Part shown: positions 26,393-39,940 of the stretch, one piece after another
How the letters are laid out: the number at the start of each line of letters is the position of its first letter
How positions within the stretch are numbered: the first letter of the stretch is position 1
Source of the DNA: Octopus bimaculoides
Lineage: Eukaryota
Assembly: GCF_001194135.2 (NCBI RefSeq)
Contig: NC_068982.1
Location: 52,034,867-52,098,866, forward strand
DNA length: 64,000 nt
Reading direction: 5' to 3'
The notes under the pieces: model-generated
Database searches by the model: none
What the model saw: only the letters and a program-made list of their open reading frames with translations
Told to the model about the DNA's origin: nothing
Translations under genes and position numbers: made by a program

Positions 26393-26579
26393 CTCATCAA
26401 ATATAAATTTGTTTAATTTTTCAGCTAAACGTTGCCAGAATTGGTTGAATAAATGTTTACTTATAAGACTTTCTACTGTTTGAAGGTGACTTTTCAGAAT
26501 GAGAAACATTTCACAAGCTGTAGGAGACAAACCTTGGACTCCCCCTTGGACATCTTGTTGAGAAGGTAAAGTTATCCAT
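26393..26579 (-). CDS. RINT1: RINT1 coding exon 12 (WITLPSQQD...FWQRLAEKLNKFIFDE)
   Basis: Acceptor tatttacag/, donor GAG/GTAAGA, 187 nt, phase 2 to 0. Matches RINT1 WLSLPSQ...FWQMLVEKL. Confidence 0.95.
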
Positions 26580-26654
26580 CTGTAAATAAAATAAGAAATC
26601 TATGTCATAGAAACAGTCTAAAATACGTTTCTTAATCAACAAGGACTGGTAAGC

Positions 26655-27030
26655 ACAGATATGGCTGTGTGGTTACAAGCTTGTTTCCTAGCCATGGGGT
26701 CTCAGGTTTGGCTTCACCACATGATACCTTGGGCAAGTGTCTTCTATTATAGCCCAGGACTGACCAAAGCACTGTGAGTAGATTTAGTAGATGGAAACTG
26801 AAAGAAGCCCATTGTACATGTATGTATAACTGTGCGTGTGTGTACATGCATACATACATCTATGTGAGTATGTCTTTATGTTTGTCTTGTGTTAGTCCCC
26901 TACCACTGCTTAACAACCAGTGTGGATTTGTTTACATCATAATATTGGGGTTGATTTATTTGGCTAAAACCCTTGAAGGCAGTGCTCTAGCATGGCCACA
27001 ATCCAATGACCGAAACAAGTAAAATATAAA
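26655..27030 (+). mobile_element. tRNA-headed SINE, family B
   Basis: ggctgtgtggtt...cttgggcaagtgtcttct...ggaaactgaaagaagccc...gaaacaagtaaaa. Further copies near 6790-6945, 33535-34132, 35560-35720, 40900-41250 and 62110-62450. Confidence 0.8.
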
Positions 27031-27186
27031 AATAATAATAAAAAATAAAGGCACAAGAAAAACAAAGGCAAAAAGCAATAAAAAGAAAATGTTTCTCTTT
27101 TGATATCCCCCGCCCCACACAGCAATTAGCTTGACACAGAAATAAGAAGAAATAAACTAAGAGCAGCATTTAAACATTTGTCTTAC

Positions 27187-27344
27187 CTGTCTTTGCGGTA
27201 TGGTTGACTTCTAGCTTTCACATCAGTAAAAACATATGTAATAACAGTCTTCAGCATGTCGCTTTTAAGCCTCTCAAATAAATCAATCATATCATCGAAA
27301 ACAGTCTCTTCTAAAGAAATTAAAAACTGAGACTCTAGTATAGC
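27187..27344 (-). CDS. RINT1: RINT1 coding exon 11 (AILESQFLISLEETVFDDMIDLFERLKSDML...SQPYRKDR)
   Basis: Hand-translated. Acceptor ttccaaacag/, donor AG/GTAAGA, 158 nt, phase 0 to 2. Matches RINT1 SVFDDMINLLERLKHDML. Confidence 0.92.
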
Positions 27345-28597
27345 CTGTTTGGAAGAAAATAATGATTTTTAAACTTTGATACAAGGTCACAAATTTTGGA
27401 GGACATAATGAATGAAATCAACCTGAACTTATTCTACTGACCCTAGATGGATGAATACATAAACTGGAACACTGCTGCCGCCTTCCCAATGCTGCAGTCT
27501 ATGTCCAGTTTCTCAAACATTAATACTGATGTAAAATTTTGTCTATATAATTCCATTGTTTTGCCTACTGCAATTTAAGCCAGCAAAACTTAGAAGAGCA
27601 TAGTAAGGACAGATAGAAAACTAAACATATTCTAGTAGAAAAAGAAAAGGGAAATAAAGAAGGCTTCTAACAATACAGAAAGTTTTACAAAAAACCTTTA
27701 TATTTTGGGTGCAAAGGCCTATCTTCAGAACGAAGCAGTCCACAAAATGTTTAGTTATATCGATTTCATTATTTATCAAAGGTGTCTCAGAAATAACCTT
27801 GAGAGTCAACTCTCAGAACAACAAATGAGAAGATTCTGAGAAGACTGAAGTTACAACCACTGCAAAAGATTGTAGCAGAGCACCAATTCCACCTAGCTGG
27901 CCATATTCTCTGTCAAGCTGATCAAAAAATAATCACGACTTGGCTACTACCTGAAAAGCAAGATTAAAAAGGGTAGTCCAAAGCTCACTTTGTGGTAGAC
28001 ATTTCAAGATGACCTTAAGATAGTCAATATTCTGTGGAGTGGATGTGAAAAGTAGCAGCCAACTGAATCCAGAGGAGGGGGTTTGCCACTCAATGTCCTG
28101 AGTAGTGCAGAAGTTAAAGCTAAAAATGGGTGAAAGTCAAAGAAACCAGAATGTTAAGAGATACAACTAAATAATGTAAAGCGGCAGTCCTCAGTTCTTT
28201 TTGCCCCATAGACTGGCTTTATGCAAGAGAATTTTTCTACAGGCTGGGGTGGAGGTCATGTCCATAAAACACAATAAAATGCATAATACATAATTTAATT
28301 ATTACATATATAAGGTAACAATACTCTCAGCAGACTGCAATAGTCAATAAAATAGAAATAAAAATTTTAAATAAATTTTTTCCGCATGACCTGGTACCAA
28401 ATGATTCATAGCCTGACACTGGTCCACAACCTGGTCGCTGGGGACTCCTACTGTAAAGTAATATGCTCTATAGATTCTACCAATCCTCTGTCATTGCTTG
28501 GAAAAATATAATTTCCAACATAGTCACAAGGTCATGAATTTACAAGGAGAAATGAGTCGAGTAACTCAGCCCTGGTATTTGAGTAGTACTTTATCTT

Positions 28598-28953
28598 AGC
28601 TTCCGCTATCTGGGAGACCAAGTTAGTAGTGGGGGTGGGTGCGCTGAAAGTGTAGCTGCTAGAATAAGAATAGCCTGGGCAAAGTTTAGAGAGCTCTTAC
28701 CCCTGCTGGTGACAAAGTGACTCTCACTCAGAGTAAAAGGCAGACTGTATGACGCATGCGTACGAACAACCATGCTACATGGCAGTGAAACATGGGCTGT
28801 AACTGCTGAGGACATACGTAAGCTCGCAAGGAATGAAGCCAGTATGCTCCGTTGGATGTGTAATGTCAATGTGAATACCCGTCAGAGTGTAAGTATCTTG
28901 AGAGAAAAGCTGAACATTAGAAGCATCAGTTGTGGCGTGCAAGAGAGACGATT
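28598..28953 (+). mobile_element. RTE-clade LINE, RT C-terminal coding fragment running into gap
   Basis: FRYLGDQVSSGGGCAESVAARIRIAWAKFRELLPLL...MLHGSETWAVTAEDIRKLARNEASMLRWMC, with one in-frame stop. Confidence 0.85.
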
Positions 28954-29390
28954 NNNNNNNNNNNNNNNNNNNNNNNNNNNNNNNNNNNNNNNNNNNNNNN
29001 NNNNNNNNNNNNNNNNNNNNNNNNNNNNNNNNNNNNNNNNNNNNNNNNNNNNNNNNNNNNNNNNNNNNNNNNNNNNNNNNNNNNNNNNNNNNNNNNNNNN
29101 NNNNNNNNNNNNNNNNNNNNNNNNNNNNNNNNNNNNNNNNNNNNNNNNNNNNNNNNNNNNNNNNNNNNNNNNNNNNNNNNNNNNNNNNNNNNNNNNNNNN
29201 NNNNNNNNNNNNNNNNNNNNNNNNNNNNNNNNNNNNNNNNNNNNNNNNNNNNNNNNNNNNNNNNNNNNNNNNNNNNNNNNNNNNNNNNNNNNNNNNNNNN
29301 NNNNNNNNNNNNNNNNNNNNNNNNNNNNNNNNNNNNNNNNNNNNNNNNNNNNNNNNNNNNNNNNNNNNNNNNNNNNNNNNNNNNNNNNNN
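28954..29390. other. Assembly gap
   Basis: N run. Confidence 1.
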
Positions 29391-29651
29391 TGGACTGGCT
29401 TGTGCGGGTGGCACATAAAAGACACCATTTCGAGCGTGGCCGTTTTCGTGCGGGTGACACGTAAAAGCACCCACTACACTCTCTGAGTGGTTGGCGTTAG
29501 GAAGGGCATCCAGCTGTAGAAACTCTGCCGAATCAGACTGGAGCCTGGTGTTGCCATCCGGTTTCACCAGTCCTCAGTCAAATCGTCCAACCCATGCTAG
29601 CATGGAAAGCGGACGTTAAACAATGATGATGATGATGATGATGATGATGAT
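29391..29651 (+). mobile_element. (GAT)n-tailed retroposon 3' end, family C
   Basis: cacgtaaaagcacccactacactctc...gggcatccagctgtagaaactctgcc...cccatgctagcatggaaagcggacgttaaa(tga)n. Further copies near 32110-32410, 35150-35397, 38135-38502, 40510-40860(-) and 41875-42165(-). Confidence 0.85.
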
Positions 29652-29959
29652 TCTAGAAAGATGATAAAGTGGATCTTGGCAGGATTTGAACTCAAAATGT
29701 AGGAGTCAGAACAAATACTGCATTTTGTTTGATGCTAATGATTCTATCTACTGCCCTTATTTGGAAGAAAACAACAAAAGTAGATATTATTTATTTCTAA
29801 TTGATAACATTTTACAACTTTTACAACTTTTACAAAGCAGGTGTTGATCCTACACAGAAACTAACAGATGCATACAAAAGTCTTTTTAGGTAAATTGAAA
29901 GTTAACTAATATCAAATTTTGTGCCAAAATTTGAAATCAATATATCATAGTATAGTTAC

Positions 29960-30109
29960 CTTAGAATCCGTTATAGAACAATCCATAGCTGTATTGTAAT
30001 CAGTAAAAGAAAGGTTGCTTGTCGTCATAATTGGTGGGTCATCCAAACGTTGAGTGATTTGATCTTCTTTCTCATATTCACTTTTGAAAAACTGTAACTG
30101 CAAGAAGAA
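29960..30109 (-). CDS. RINT1: RINT1 coding exon 10 (FFLQLQFFKSEYEK...CSITDSK)
   Basis: Hand-translated. Acceptor tttcttag/, donor AAG/GTAACT, 150 nt, phase 0 to 0. Starts with the conserved FFLQLQ. Confidence 0.9.
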
Positions 30110-30564
30110 CTAAGAAACACAAAAAAGAAAGCACAATATTATATAAACAGATACTTGGAAACATTTCTGGTATAGAGTCGAAATGAAAACCTAGTTATTT
30201 TCTCAAATAAATTCATGAACAGAGAGTATATTAAAATTCTTTTTGGCTGCATTAGAAAGATATACTAGGATCAGTATGTGTGTTGTTTTAAGGCAGTTTA
30301 TGTTGCTTTGGCATACAGTGAAAATAAAGATGCTGAATAAAAAATTTACATTAAAGAAAAAAAAGAATTTTTTTTGTCTACAAGTAAATCCATAAGGCTG
30401 TTCAGGAAAATGCCTAAAAACAAAAAAAAAAAAATGCTTTTTAGAAACTGTGATAGAAGGGAGATGACTGTATATGTATAGGTGCTTGATGGGATTGGAA
30501 GAGGTTTGTTGCATAAAAATATACCATGAGTTGGCAGTAGTCAAATGTAAAGTGTAGACAATCT

Positions 30565-30828
30565 TTTATCTTTTACTTGTTTCAGTCATTTGATTGTGGC
30601 CATGCTGGGGTACTACTGCCTTGAAGGGTTTTAGTCACATGAATCAACCCCAATACCTTTTTTCTTTAAAGCCTGGTACTTATTCTATCAGTCTCTTTGC
30701 TAAACCACTAAGTTACAGGGTTGTAAACACAACACTGGTTGTCAAGTAGTGGTGGGGACAAACAGAGACATAAAGACACACATACATAATAATACACACA
30801 CATACACATATGCATACATATATATATA

Positions 30829-30900
<72 letters not shown>

Positions 30901-31080
30901 TAGATAGATATGACTGGCTTCTTTCAGTTTCCATCTACCAAATCCATTCACAAGGTTTTGGTGAGCCCGAGGCTATAGTAGAAGACACTTGCCCAAGGTG
31001 TTTTCAGTCAGTGGGACTGAACCCAGAACCATGTAGTTGAGAAACAAGCTTCTTACCACACAGCCATGCTGGCGCCTATA
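30565..31080 (-). mobile_element. SINE family B, full length with internal (TA)n
   Basis: Reverse complement of the family B pattern. Confidence 0.82.
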
Positions 31081-31513
31081 ATCTGACAAAGACTTTGCAT
31101 AAAGGAAATTTCAGAAAATTGGGTTTCGTTGATGAAATAACAAAGGACACACTAAATTAAGAGAGACTACTGCATAAATCCAAACCAATGACAGTTTATT
31201 CACCACACCCAGTATATATACAGGCTGAACTGGAAACTAAACTAAACTAAAATAAAAGTTACTGGTTGGAATCGATTCAGGTTCTATGTACACAACTAAG
31301 AATAAAAGACATGATTAATCAGACATTCAAACTGATTGAAATGTAATGTAGATAAAATATTATAAGTATAAACTTTTAAGATGAGATTAATTGTCTGACA
31401 TATTGTAAACTTGTGCTATGTGTTACACAAACATAATTTTTTCTTCAAGTTAGTATGTATACAAGGGAACCTAATGTTAAATTATTTTTGTGAAATACAA
31501 AAGATATACTTAC

Positions 31514-31713
31514 AACTAACTCACTCCATTGCTGAAGAACTTCCACAATATAAGAAGCAGTATTAAGAATTGAACAATATTGCTGACCAAGAACATTTTG
31601 TGCTTCTTGCTTCATCACTTGAACAAGACGTGTTCGAAAATCTTCAAGAAGCTCTTGTTGGAGAGCAAGGAATCTCAGTTTATGCTGTGGTTGTGGTAAA
31701 TGCTTATAGCGGT
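31514..31713 (-). CDS. RINT1: RINT1 coding exon 9 (DRYKHLPQPQHKLRFLALQ...QWSELV)
   Basis: Acceptor gtcaccag/, donor GTT/GTAAGT, 200 nt, phase 1 to 0. Matches RINT1 DRYKNLP..KLQFLELQ..DFRIRLTQVMK. Confidence 0.96.
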
Positions 31714-32559
31714 CTGGTGACAGAGAAAAATAATGTTTAACCATTTGTAGGGAGGCAGTTAACACAAAATTTTATCACATAATACAAACTGTTTATTTAC
31801 TTAATAAAGTAACAAAAAATAAAACCTATATATGGTATGTAGTTGGCATAGGTGGTATGGCATCAGACAAAATACTATGAGATGTTTAAATATGCCTCTT
31901 TGCATTTTGAGTTCAAATTCTTCCCTAGTTCACTGCCATTTAATCTCTCAAAGCGAATAAAATAAATACTAGACAATGAGGTCAATGTAGTCAATTACAA
32001 TCTAGAAAATGATGTTCCACTATTGCCTCAGTTCAATGACTGAAAGCAGTAAAAGAATAATAATTTGTATAAAATTATCATCTCTTATGGAAAGAAAGGC
32101 TTACATTAGAGGTTCGGGAAAGAGTGTGGTTGTTGCCAGTGCCACCTGACTGGCTCCTGTGCTGGTAGCATGTAAAGAGCACCATTCAAGTGTGGTTGAT
32201 GCCAGTACCACCTGACTGGCCCTCGTGCTGGTGGCAGGTAAAAAGCACCTACTACACTCTCGGAATGGTTGGCGTTAGAAAGGGCATCCAGCTGTAGAAA
32301 CTTTGCCAGATCAGATTAGAGCCTGGTACAACCTTCTGGCTTGCCAGTCTTCAGTCAACCGTCCAACCCATGCCAGCATGGAAAGTGGACGTTAAACAAC
32401 GATGATGATGACATACACGATGGCCTTCTTTATGTTTGTCTACTAAATCCATTCACATGGCTTTCCCATGGTGCTGTGCATTGGGACTGAACCCAAGATG
32501 ACATGGTTAGGAAGCAAGCTTCTTATCCACAAATAATATGCTATAAAACTATTTCTTAC

Positions 32560-32697
32560 CTGTAATTGTTTGCATTAATGTCATAAAACTCTCTCCACAT
32601 TCTGGTACCTTCAATTCGTCAACATCAGCAATATCCCTGTATTGTGAGAGCCATGCTGATGATGACGACATCATGGCATCAACCTTTTCCATCGCAT
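32560..32697 (-). CDS. RINT1: RINT1 coding exon 8 (YAMEKVDAMMSSSSAWLSQYRDIADVDELKVPECGESFMTLMQTIT)
   Basis: Hand-translated. Acceptor attaatag/, donor G/GTAAGA, 138 nt, phase 1 to 1. Matches RINT1 DVDEMKVPDCAETFMTLL. Confidence 0.95.
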
Positions 32698-32809
32698 CTA
32701 TTAATGGGAAGAAGATTATAACGAATTACTTTAATTGCTTATTCCAGGTTTGCAAATAAAATCAATAAAAATACCTAAGTTAATAAAATCAATAAAAATA
32801 TATTCTTTT

Positions 32810-33190
32810 ATTCTTTTACTTGTTTCAGTCATTTGACTGTGACCATGCTGGAGCACCACCTTAAAGGGTTTTAGTTGAAGAAATCAAACCCAGGACTTAT
32901 TCTTTGTAAGCTTTGTACTTATTCTATCTGTCTCTTTTGCCACATCGCTAAGTTACAGGGACATAAGCACACCAACATCAGTTGCCAAGTGATGGTGGGG
33001 GCACAAACACAGACACACATAAATATATATGACAAGCTTCTTTCAGTTTCCCTCTACCAAATCCACTCACAAAGTTTTAGTTGGCCTGAAGCTATTGTAG
33101 AAGACACTTGCCCAAGGTTCCACATAGTGGGACTGAACCTGGAGCCATGTGGCTGGGAATCAAGCTTCTTATCACACAGCCACGCCTATA
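32810..33190 (-). mobile_element. SINE family B
   Basis: Reverse complement of the family B pattern. Confidence 0.8.
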
Positions 33191-34409
33191 AATTAATACT
33201 GTAGTAAATATACAATCATCATCCTCATCATCACTTAGCATCTGTTTTCCATGCTGGCATGAGTTAGACAGTTTGACTGGAGCTGGTATGCTGGAGAGCT
33301 GCACTAGGCTCCAATCTGTTTTGGCTTGGTTACTATGGCTTGATGCCCTTCCTAATGCCAACCACTCCACAGAGGGTACTGGGTGCCTTTTACGTGTCAC
33401 TGGCATTGGCCATGACTACAATTTCATTTAGCTTGATGTGTCTTCTCAAGCACAGCAAATTGCCAAAAGATTTGAAGAGAAATATGAATTTGACATTAGT
33501 GGTGGAAATTGGTGAACAACATCAATAAATATTATCTTTTACCTTTTACTTATTCCAGTTTTCAGAATATGACCATGCTGAGGCATCATCTTCAAGGATT
33601 TAGTTGAATAAATCAACCCCAGCACATATTTTAAACCTAGTACTTATCCTATTGCCTTCTTTTTGCTGAACTGCTAAGTTACAGGGATGTAAACAAACCA
33701 ATACCAGTTGTCAAGCAGTGGCAGGGGACACACACACACATATATATGTGCTAAGCTTCTTTTAGTTTCCATCTTTCAAATCCACTCACAAGGCTTTGAT
33801 TGGGACACCACATTGAAGAGTTTTTAGTTGAACAAATTGACCCCAATATTTTTTTTTTAAGCTTGATCTATCAGTGTCTTTTGCTGAACTGCTAAGTTAC
33901 AGGGACAGAAACAAACCAACACTGGTTATCAAGCAAGAGTGGGGGACAAACAGACACACTCATACATATGACAGGCTTGTTTTAGTTTCTGTCAACCAAA
34001 TCCATTCACAAGGCTTTGGTAGGCTCAATGCTATAGTAGAAAATACTTGCCCAAGGAGTCTTGCATGGAACTAAACCTGGAATCATGTGGTTGGGAAGCA
34101 AGCTTCTTACCACACAGTTATGCCTGTGCCTATATGATGAATGTGTTTCTTTGCTAAAAGCAAATTATTAATATCTCTAGGTAGACTAATAATGTAGTCA
34201 AATTCCAGGACTAACTTGGAATTTGACCACATTGGTCACAGGCATTTCAACTATGCTCACCCCTTTCCTAGGAACAGTACACCTAGAATCATATTATCCA
34301 TTATTTCCTTTTCTGAAGTAGTAAGGTGTGATGTAGCTGCTATTTCTAACAAGTCAAACAACACAACCCTCTTTAGCTTGTCAGTTTTCTAATACAATGA
34401 CAATGTCTT

Positions 34410-34845
34410 ATCTTTTATCTTTTACTTGTTTCAATCAATAGCCTGCAGTCATGCTGGGGCACTGCCTTGAAGGGTCACAGACAAATGAATTGCTTAGTAC
34501 TTATTCTATCAGTCTCTTAAACTGAACTGCTAAGTTACAAGGATGTAATCAAAGCCTAGTACTTATTCTATCAGTCTCTTAGCAAAACTGCTAGGTTACA
34601 GGGATGTAATCAAACCAACACTTGTCAAGCAGTAGTGGGTGACAGACACTAACAGAGACACACATACATATATATGACAGGCTTCTTTCAGTTTCCATCT
34701 ACCAAATTCACTCACAAAGCTTTGGTCAAACCAGGGCCATAGTAGAAGACACTTGCTCAAGATGCTTGTTATTCAGTAGGACTGAACCCAGAACCATGTG
34801 GCTGGGAAGTAAACTTCTTACCACACAGCTACAACTGTACCTATC
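34410..34845 (-). mobile_element. SINE family B with internal duplication of about 60 bp
   Basis: tagtacttattctatcagtctctta...gatgtaatcaaa occurs twice in tandem. Confidence 0.75.
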
Positions 34846-35793
34846 TCATCAAATCCTCACTATTTCTGGTTGTTGTTGTTTACCGCCCAGGTCAGACTTG
34901 AGATTGAGTTGACATCTAATCAAAGACATTCTCATCTCTGTTTTCAAACATAAGACATCTTGGACTACATTATGCAATGTGCCCTTCTTTTTTAAGACAA
35001 ATGGGTATAATTTGAGGAAAGCTGATTGCTGATATTAACAGAATGAATAACACAGAGAGGATCCTTTGTAGACTCAAAATTTCAAGTAAAATGATAATTA
35101 TAAAATTATCATTGTTGCTGTGCTCCACAGCAGAAGTGCTAAGACTGCATGCCCTAGTGAAGTGGACTGGCCTACAAGAGTCCTGTGCCAGTGCTATGTA
35201 AAAGTGCATTTGCTGGTGCCACATTAAAAGCACTCAACACACACAGTAAAATGGTTGGTATTAGGAAGGGCATCTAGTCATAGAAACCAGGCTAAATCAG
35301 ACTGGAACCTGGTGCAGCTCCCCAGCTTGCCAGCTCTGGTCAAACCATCCAACCCATGCCAGCACAGAAAACGTATGTTAAAGGATGACGATGATGTAGC
35401 TGTTGTTTAGCCTTAGATCAAACTTGTTCAAAGAGAATCCATGATCATTGGCATTTCACTATGTCCATCCTATCTTTCTTTCTAGGATAATAGATATAGA
35501 CACCATTATCCAGTATGTTCTTTCTTCCTCAAAACAGCAAGCATAGGTGTTTCTGTATGGTTCAGAAGCTGACTTCCTAATTATGTGGCCTCAGGTTCAG
35601 TCCCACTGTACAGCACTCTACCACTATATCCATGAGCCAACCAAAGCCTTGTGATTGGATCCAGTAGATGGAAACTGAGAAGAGCCTGTTGTGTGTGTGT
35701 GCATGCGTATATGTGTGTACTTCTTTTAAATGTAGGAGGTTAATGAACATTTCACATAAAAATTTGAGAAATTTTGAAGAACAGGAAACTTAC

Positions 35794-36019
35794 AGCGCTT
35801 TTCAACAACCAACCATCTTTCAAATACTTCTTCTTGGGACAAGACATGCATTGCTCCCGGTTGGTTTGGCGGGTAAGCATAATTAGTCTGCAATTCTCTA
35901 TCAAAGAGGAGAGCTTCATCAATGAGATGTGTGAAGAGGTGCTCATCATACATTACTAAAGGTAAATCAGTAGTCATCTTCTCTAGCACCAATTCAACCA
36001 AACCTCGCATTAATTCCAC
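35794..36019 (-). CDS. RINT1: RINT1 coding exon 7 (VELMRGLVELVLEK...FERWLVVEKR)
   Basis: Acceptor ttttgtag/, donor T/GTAAGT, 226 nt, phase 0 to 1. Matches RINT1 [20 protein letters not shown]. Confidence 0.96.
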
Positions 36020-36047
36020 CTACAAAATAAGAATTGATATTAATATT

Positions 36048-36263
36048 GGTTTCAAATTTTGGCACTAGGCCAGTAATTTCGGGGGTGTGAGTAAGTTGAT
36101 TCCATCAACCCCAGTGTTCAACTGGTACTTATTTTATCGACCCTTGAAAGGGATGAAAGGCAAAGTCGACCTTGGTGGAATTTGAACTCAGAATGTAGGG
36201 ACAGATGAAATGCCGGTAAGCATTTTGCTCGGTGTGTTAACAATTCTGCCAGCTCACCACCTT
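36048..36263 (-). mobile_element. tRNA-derived SINE, family A, full length
   Basis: High similarity to 21789-22002. Confidence 0.82.
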
Positions 36264-36728
36264 GCAGATTAAAACTGATATCAAATAGTATCTGTTAATT
36301 AAATTACTATTTTGAATTATTGCATTAAAATTTCACAGAATTCTTGAGAATGGCTGAAGTAGATAATTCTTTGTGTAAAAACAAAATTTAATTGTTTAAC
36401 ATTTGAATATCAGTATTGTAGACATTAACTGACAGTTAGGTCTTTTAAATTTTAAAGAAGGATATATTTTTCTATAAATTTCATGTAAGAATAAGTATTG
36501 CATGGATGCAAAACAAAAAACTGTTTTTTCCAGAAAATGTAGTTTTCAATTATTGACATTTATAAAACTAATTTTCAGTGAATTTTTTTTTATATATTAT
36601 TTTGATTAGCAGTAAAATAAAAATTTTATTGCTGGCTATAAAGGTTGCTTCTTTTTCTCATAAGAATTGGGGAATACATGAAAATTAGTTTTTCATCTTT
36701 TAGGAGAGTTAAGAAATAATATACATAC

Positions 36729-36836
36729 TCGAGCAACTAAGTTTGATTCCTCATCTAAAAGTGGTTGGATTGTCTGTTCTAAGAAATCACAGTGATCCCG
36801 TATCCATGCTAACACCTGAGTGAAGTACCATTCTGG
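36729..36836 (-). CDS. RINT1: RINT1 coding exon 6 (PEWYFTQVLAWIRDHCDFLEQTIQPLLDEESNLVAR)
   Basis: Not in the ORF track; translated by hand. Acceptor tttctag/, donor CGA/GTATGT, 108 nt, phase 0 to 0. PEWY motif of RINT1. Confidence 0.95.
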
Positions 36837-37374
36837 CTAGAAATGCAAAGTCAAAAAAAATAAAGAATCATAAAAAATATTTTTTCTCTTTTTAACAGGT
36901 TTATAAGTCTCTTATTTAGGAACTGAAACCCTTAATCAAATACAATTTAACAAAATTTCATAACTAATTAAAAATGTGAGCAGTCAATACAATATACAAG
37001 AAGACACTCAGAGGTTAAAAAAAAAAAATGATTGAATTAAAATAAATTCTCATTGCTAATAGTTTTGATAACTGTCAAGAAACTTTTAAAAAGATAACAA
37101 CTGTTTTATTTGAAAAATAACTGGATATCTTTCTTGATTAATTTTCAAAACAACAAAGCAAACCTGCTAAAATTTCCAAATTAAAAAAAAATTTACATCT
37201 TATTTTCTTATACATAAGTTGTTGTCTAGATGTGATGTTATGTAGCCTAGTGGTTAAAGAATCTGGCTTGTGGTCATAAGGTAATGGGTTCAACTCATGG
37301 ACTGAGTGGTATTCCAGTTTGTCCAGATGTACTGAGTACCAACCATTTACTAACACAGTCCTATATCCTTCAAG

Positions 37375-37752
37375 TGGAGGCGCAATGGCCCAGTGGTTAG
37401 GACAGCAGACTCGCGGTCATAGAATCGCGGTTTCGATTCCCAGTCCGGGCGTTGTGAGTGTTTATTGAGTGAAAACACCTAAAGCTCCACGAGGCTCCGG
37501 CAGGGGAGGTGGCGAACCCTGCTGTACTCTTTCACCACAACTTTCTCTCACTCTTACTTCCTGTTTCTGTTGTGCCTGTAATTCAAAGGGTCAGCCTTGT
37601 CACACTGTGTCACGCTGAATATCTCCGAGAACTACGTTAACGGTACACGTGCTTGTGGAGTGCTCAGCCACTTGCACGTTAATTTCACGAGCAGGCTGTT
37701 CCATTGATCGGATCAACTGGAACTCTCGACGTGAGCGACGGAGTGCCAGCAA
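37375..37752 (+). mobile_element. Young tRNA-headed SINE, family D
   Basis: A-box TGGCCCAGTGG and B-box GGTTTCGATTCC, CpG-rich. Decayed relatives near 40210-40500 and 47240-47560. Confidence 0.8.
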
Positions 37753-38759
37753 CCTATAGCCTTCTACCTGCCATATCCCAGATGTTCTGCTGGAATGAGG
37801 GTGAGAGAGCTCAGAAGTGTCCATGTCTGCTCTCAACTTCATAAGCACCTAAAACAATTAGTGCTTTTCATCCCTTTCAAGGGTCAATAGAATAAGTACC
37901 AGTCAAATACTGGGGTCGATGTAATCAATTTACCCCGCACTTCTGAAATTAATGAAAGCATGGTACATGCCACCAAGTTACATTTGCTCATGAGTGATGA
38001 CTAGTTGTAACCTATCTTGTTGTTCAGCTTTAGGTTAGCCCTGACTGGGCAGATCAATGATCAAAGGCACATTCCCACAGTCACCTTCCCATTTTTTAAG
38101 GTGGTAGGATTTGGGGCAAGCGAAAGCGTGATGGCACCTGTGCCCAGCGTCACCTTCCTGGCACTTGTGCCCAACGTCACCTTCCTGGCACGTGTAAAGA
38201 CATTCGAGCGAGATTGTTGCCAGTGCCGCTGGACTGGCTCCTGTGCAGGTGGCATGTAAAATACACCATTTTGAGCGTGGCCGTTGCCAGTACTGTGTGA
38301 CTGGCCTTCGTACCGGTGGCACGTAAAAGCACCCACTACACTCTCGGAGTGGTTAAAGTTAGGAAGGGCATCTAGCTGTAGAAACTCTGCCAAATCAGAT
38401 TGGAGCCTGGTGTAGCCATCTGGTTCACCAGTCCTCAGTCAAATCGTCCAACCCATGCTAGCATGGAAAGCGAATGTTAAACGATGATAATGATGATGAT
38501 GATCAATGACAAACTTGTATATTTGCATAAATGAATAACTAGAGCAATTATTTACCAGTATATTACATTCTTGGTGCCAAAACTTTCTATAGTTAGCAAA
38601 TATTGCTATCTTTTGAAATAAATGCAATTTAGCATAGAAAAGATAGAAAAACCTCTTAATGGACACATTTCACAAATGATATTCCATGAAATTAAATGCA
38701 CCTAGGAAAACTTTAATAAACTTATTTAATTGGGTATCAACTGAATTGATTGTTATTCA

Positions 38760-39802
<1,043 letters not shown>

Positions 39803-39940
39803 GGCAAATTTACATGCAGCAACTTTTTGAAAAGAGATGCCATTTCATTCCTCTGTTCACTCTGATTCACCACAGGAGTCTTGGAAAGAGTCACTGTAAC
39901 AAATGGCCATTTAATGGCTTTCAACAAATCTTCAAACTCA
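39803..39940 (-). CDS. RINT1: RINT1 coding exon 4 (EFEDLLKAIKWPF...LFKKLLHVNLP)
   Basis: Acceptor tttgcag/, donor CC/GTATCCTTT (U12-type), 138 nt, phase 2 to 2. Matches RINT1 DFEEILAQLHWPF. Confidence 0.93.

Noticed and set aside
27621-27809. Candidate additional RINT1 exon
   Set aside because: Exons 10 and 11 already join in frame; the plus strand here reads as an RTE-like tail (RRLKLQPLQKIV...HLAGHIL).
37375-37450. tRNA gene
   Set aside because: It has A and B boxes but no closed cloverleaf and continues into a SINE body.
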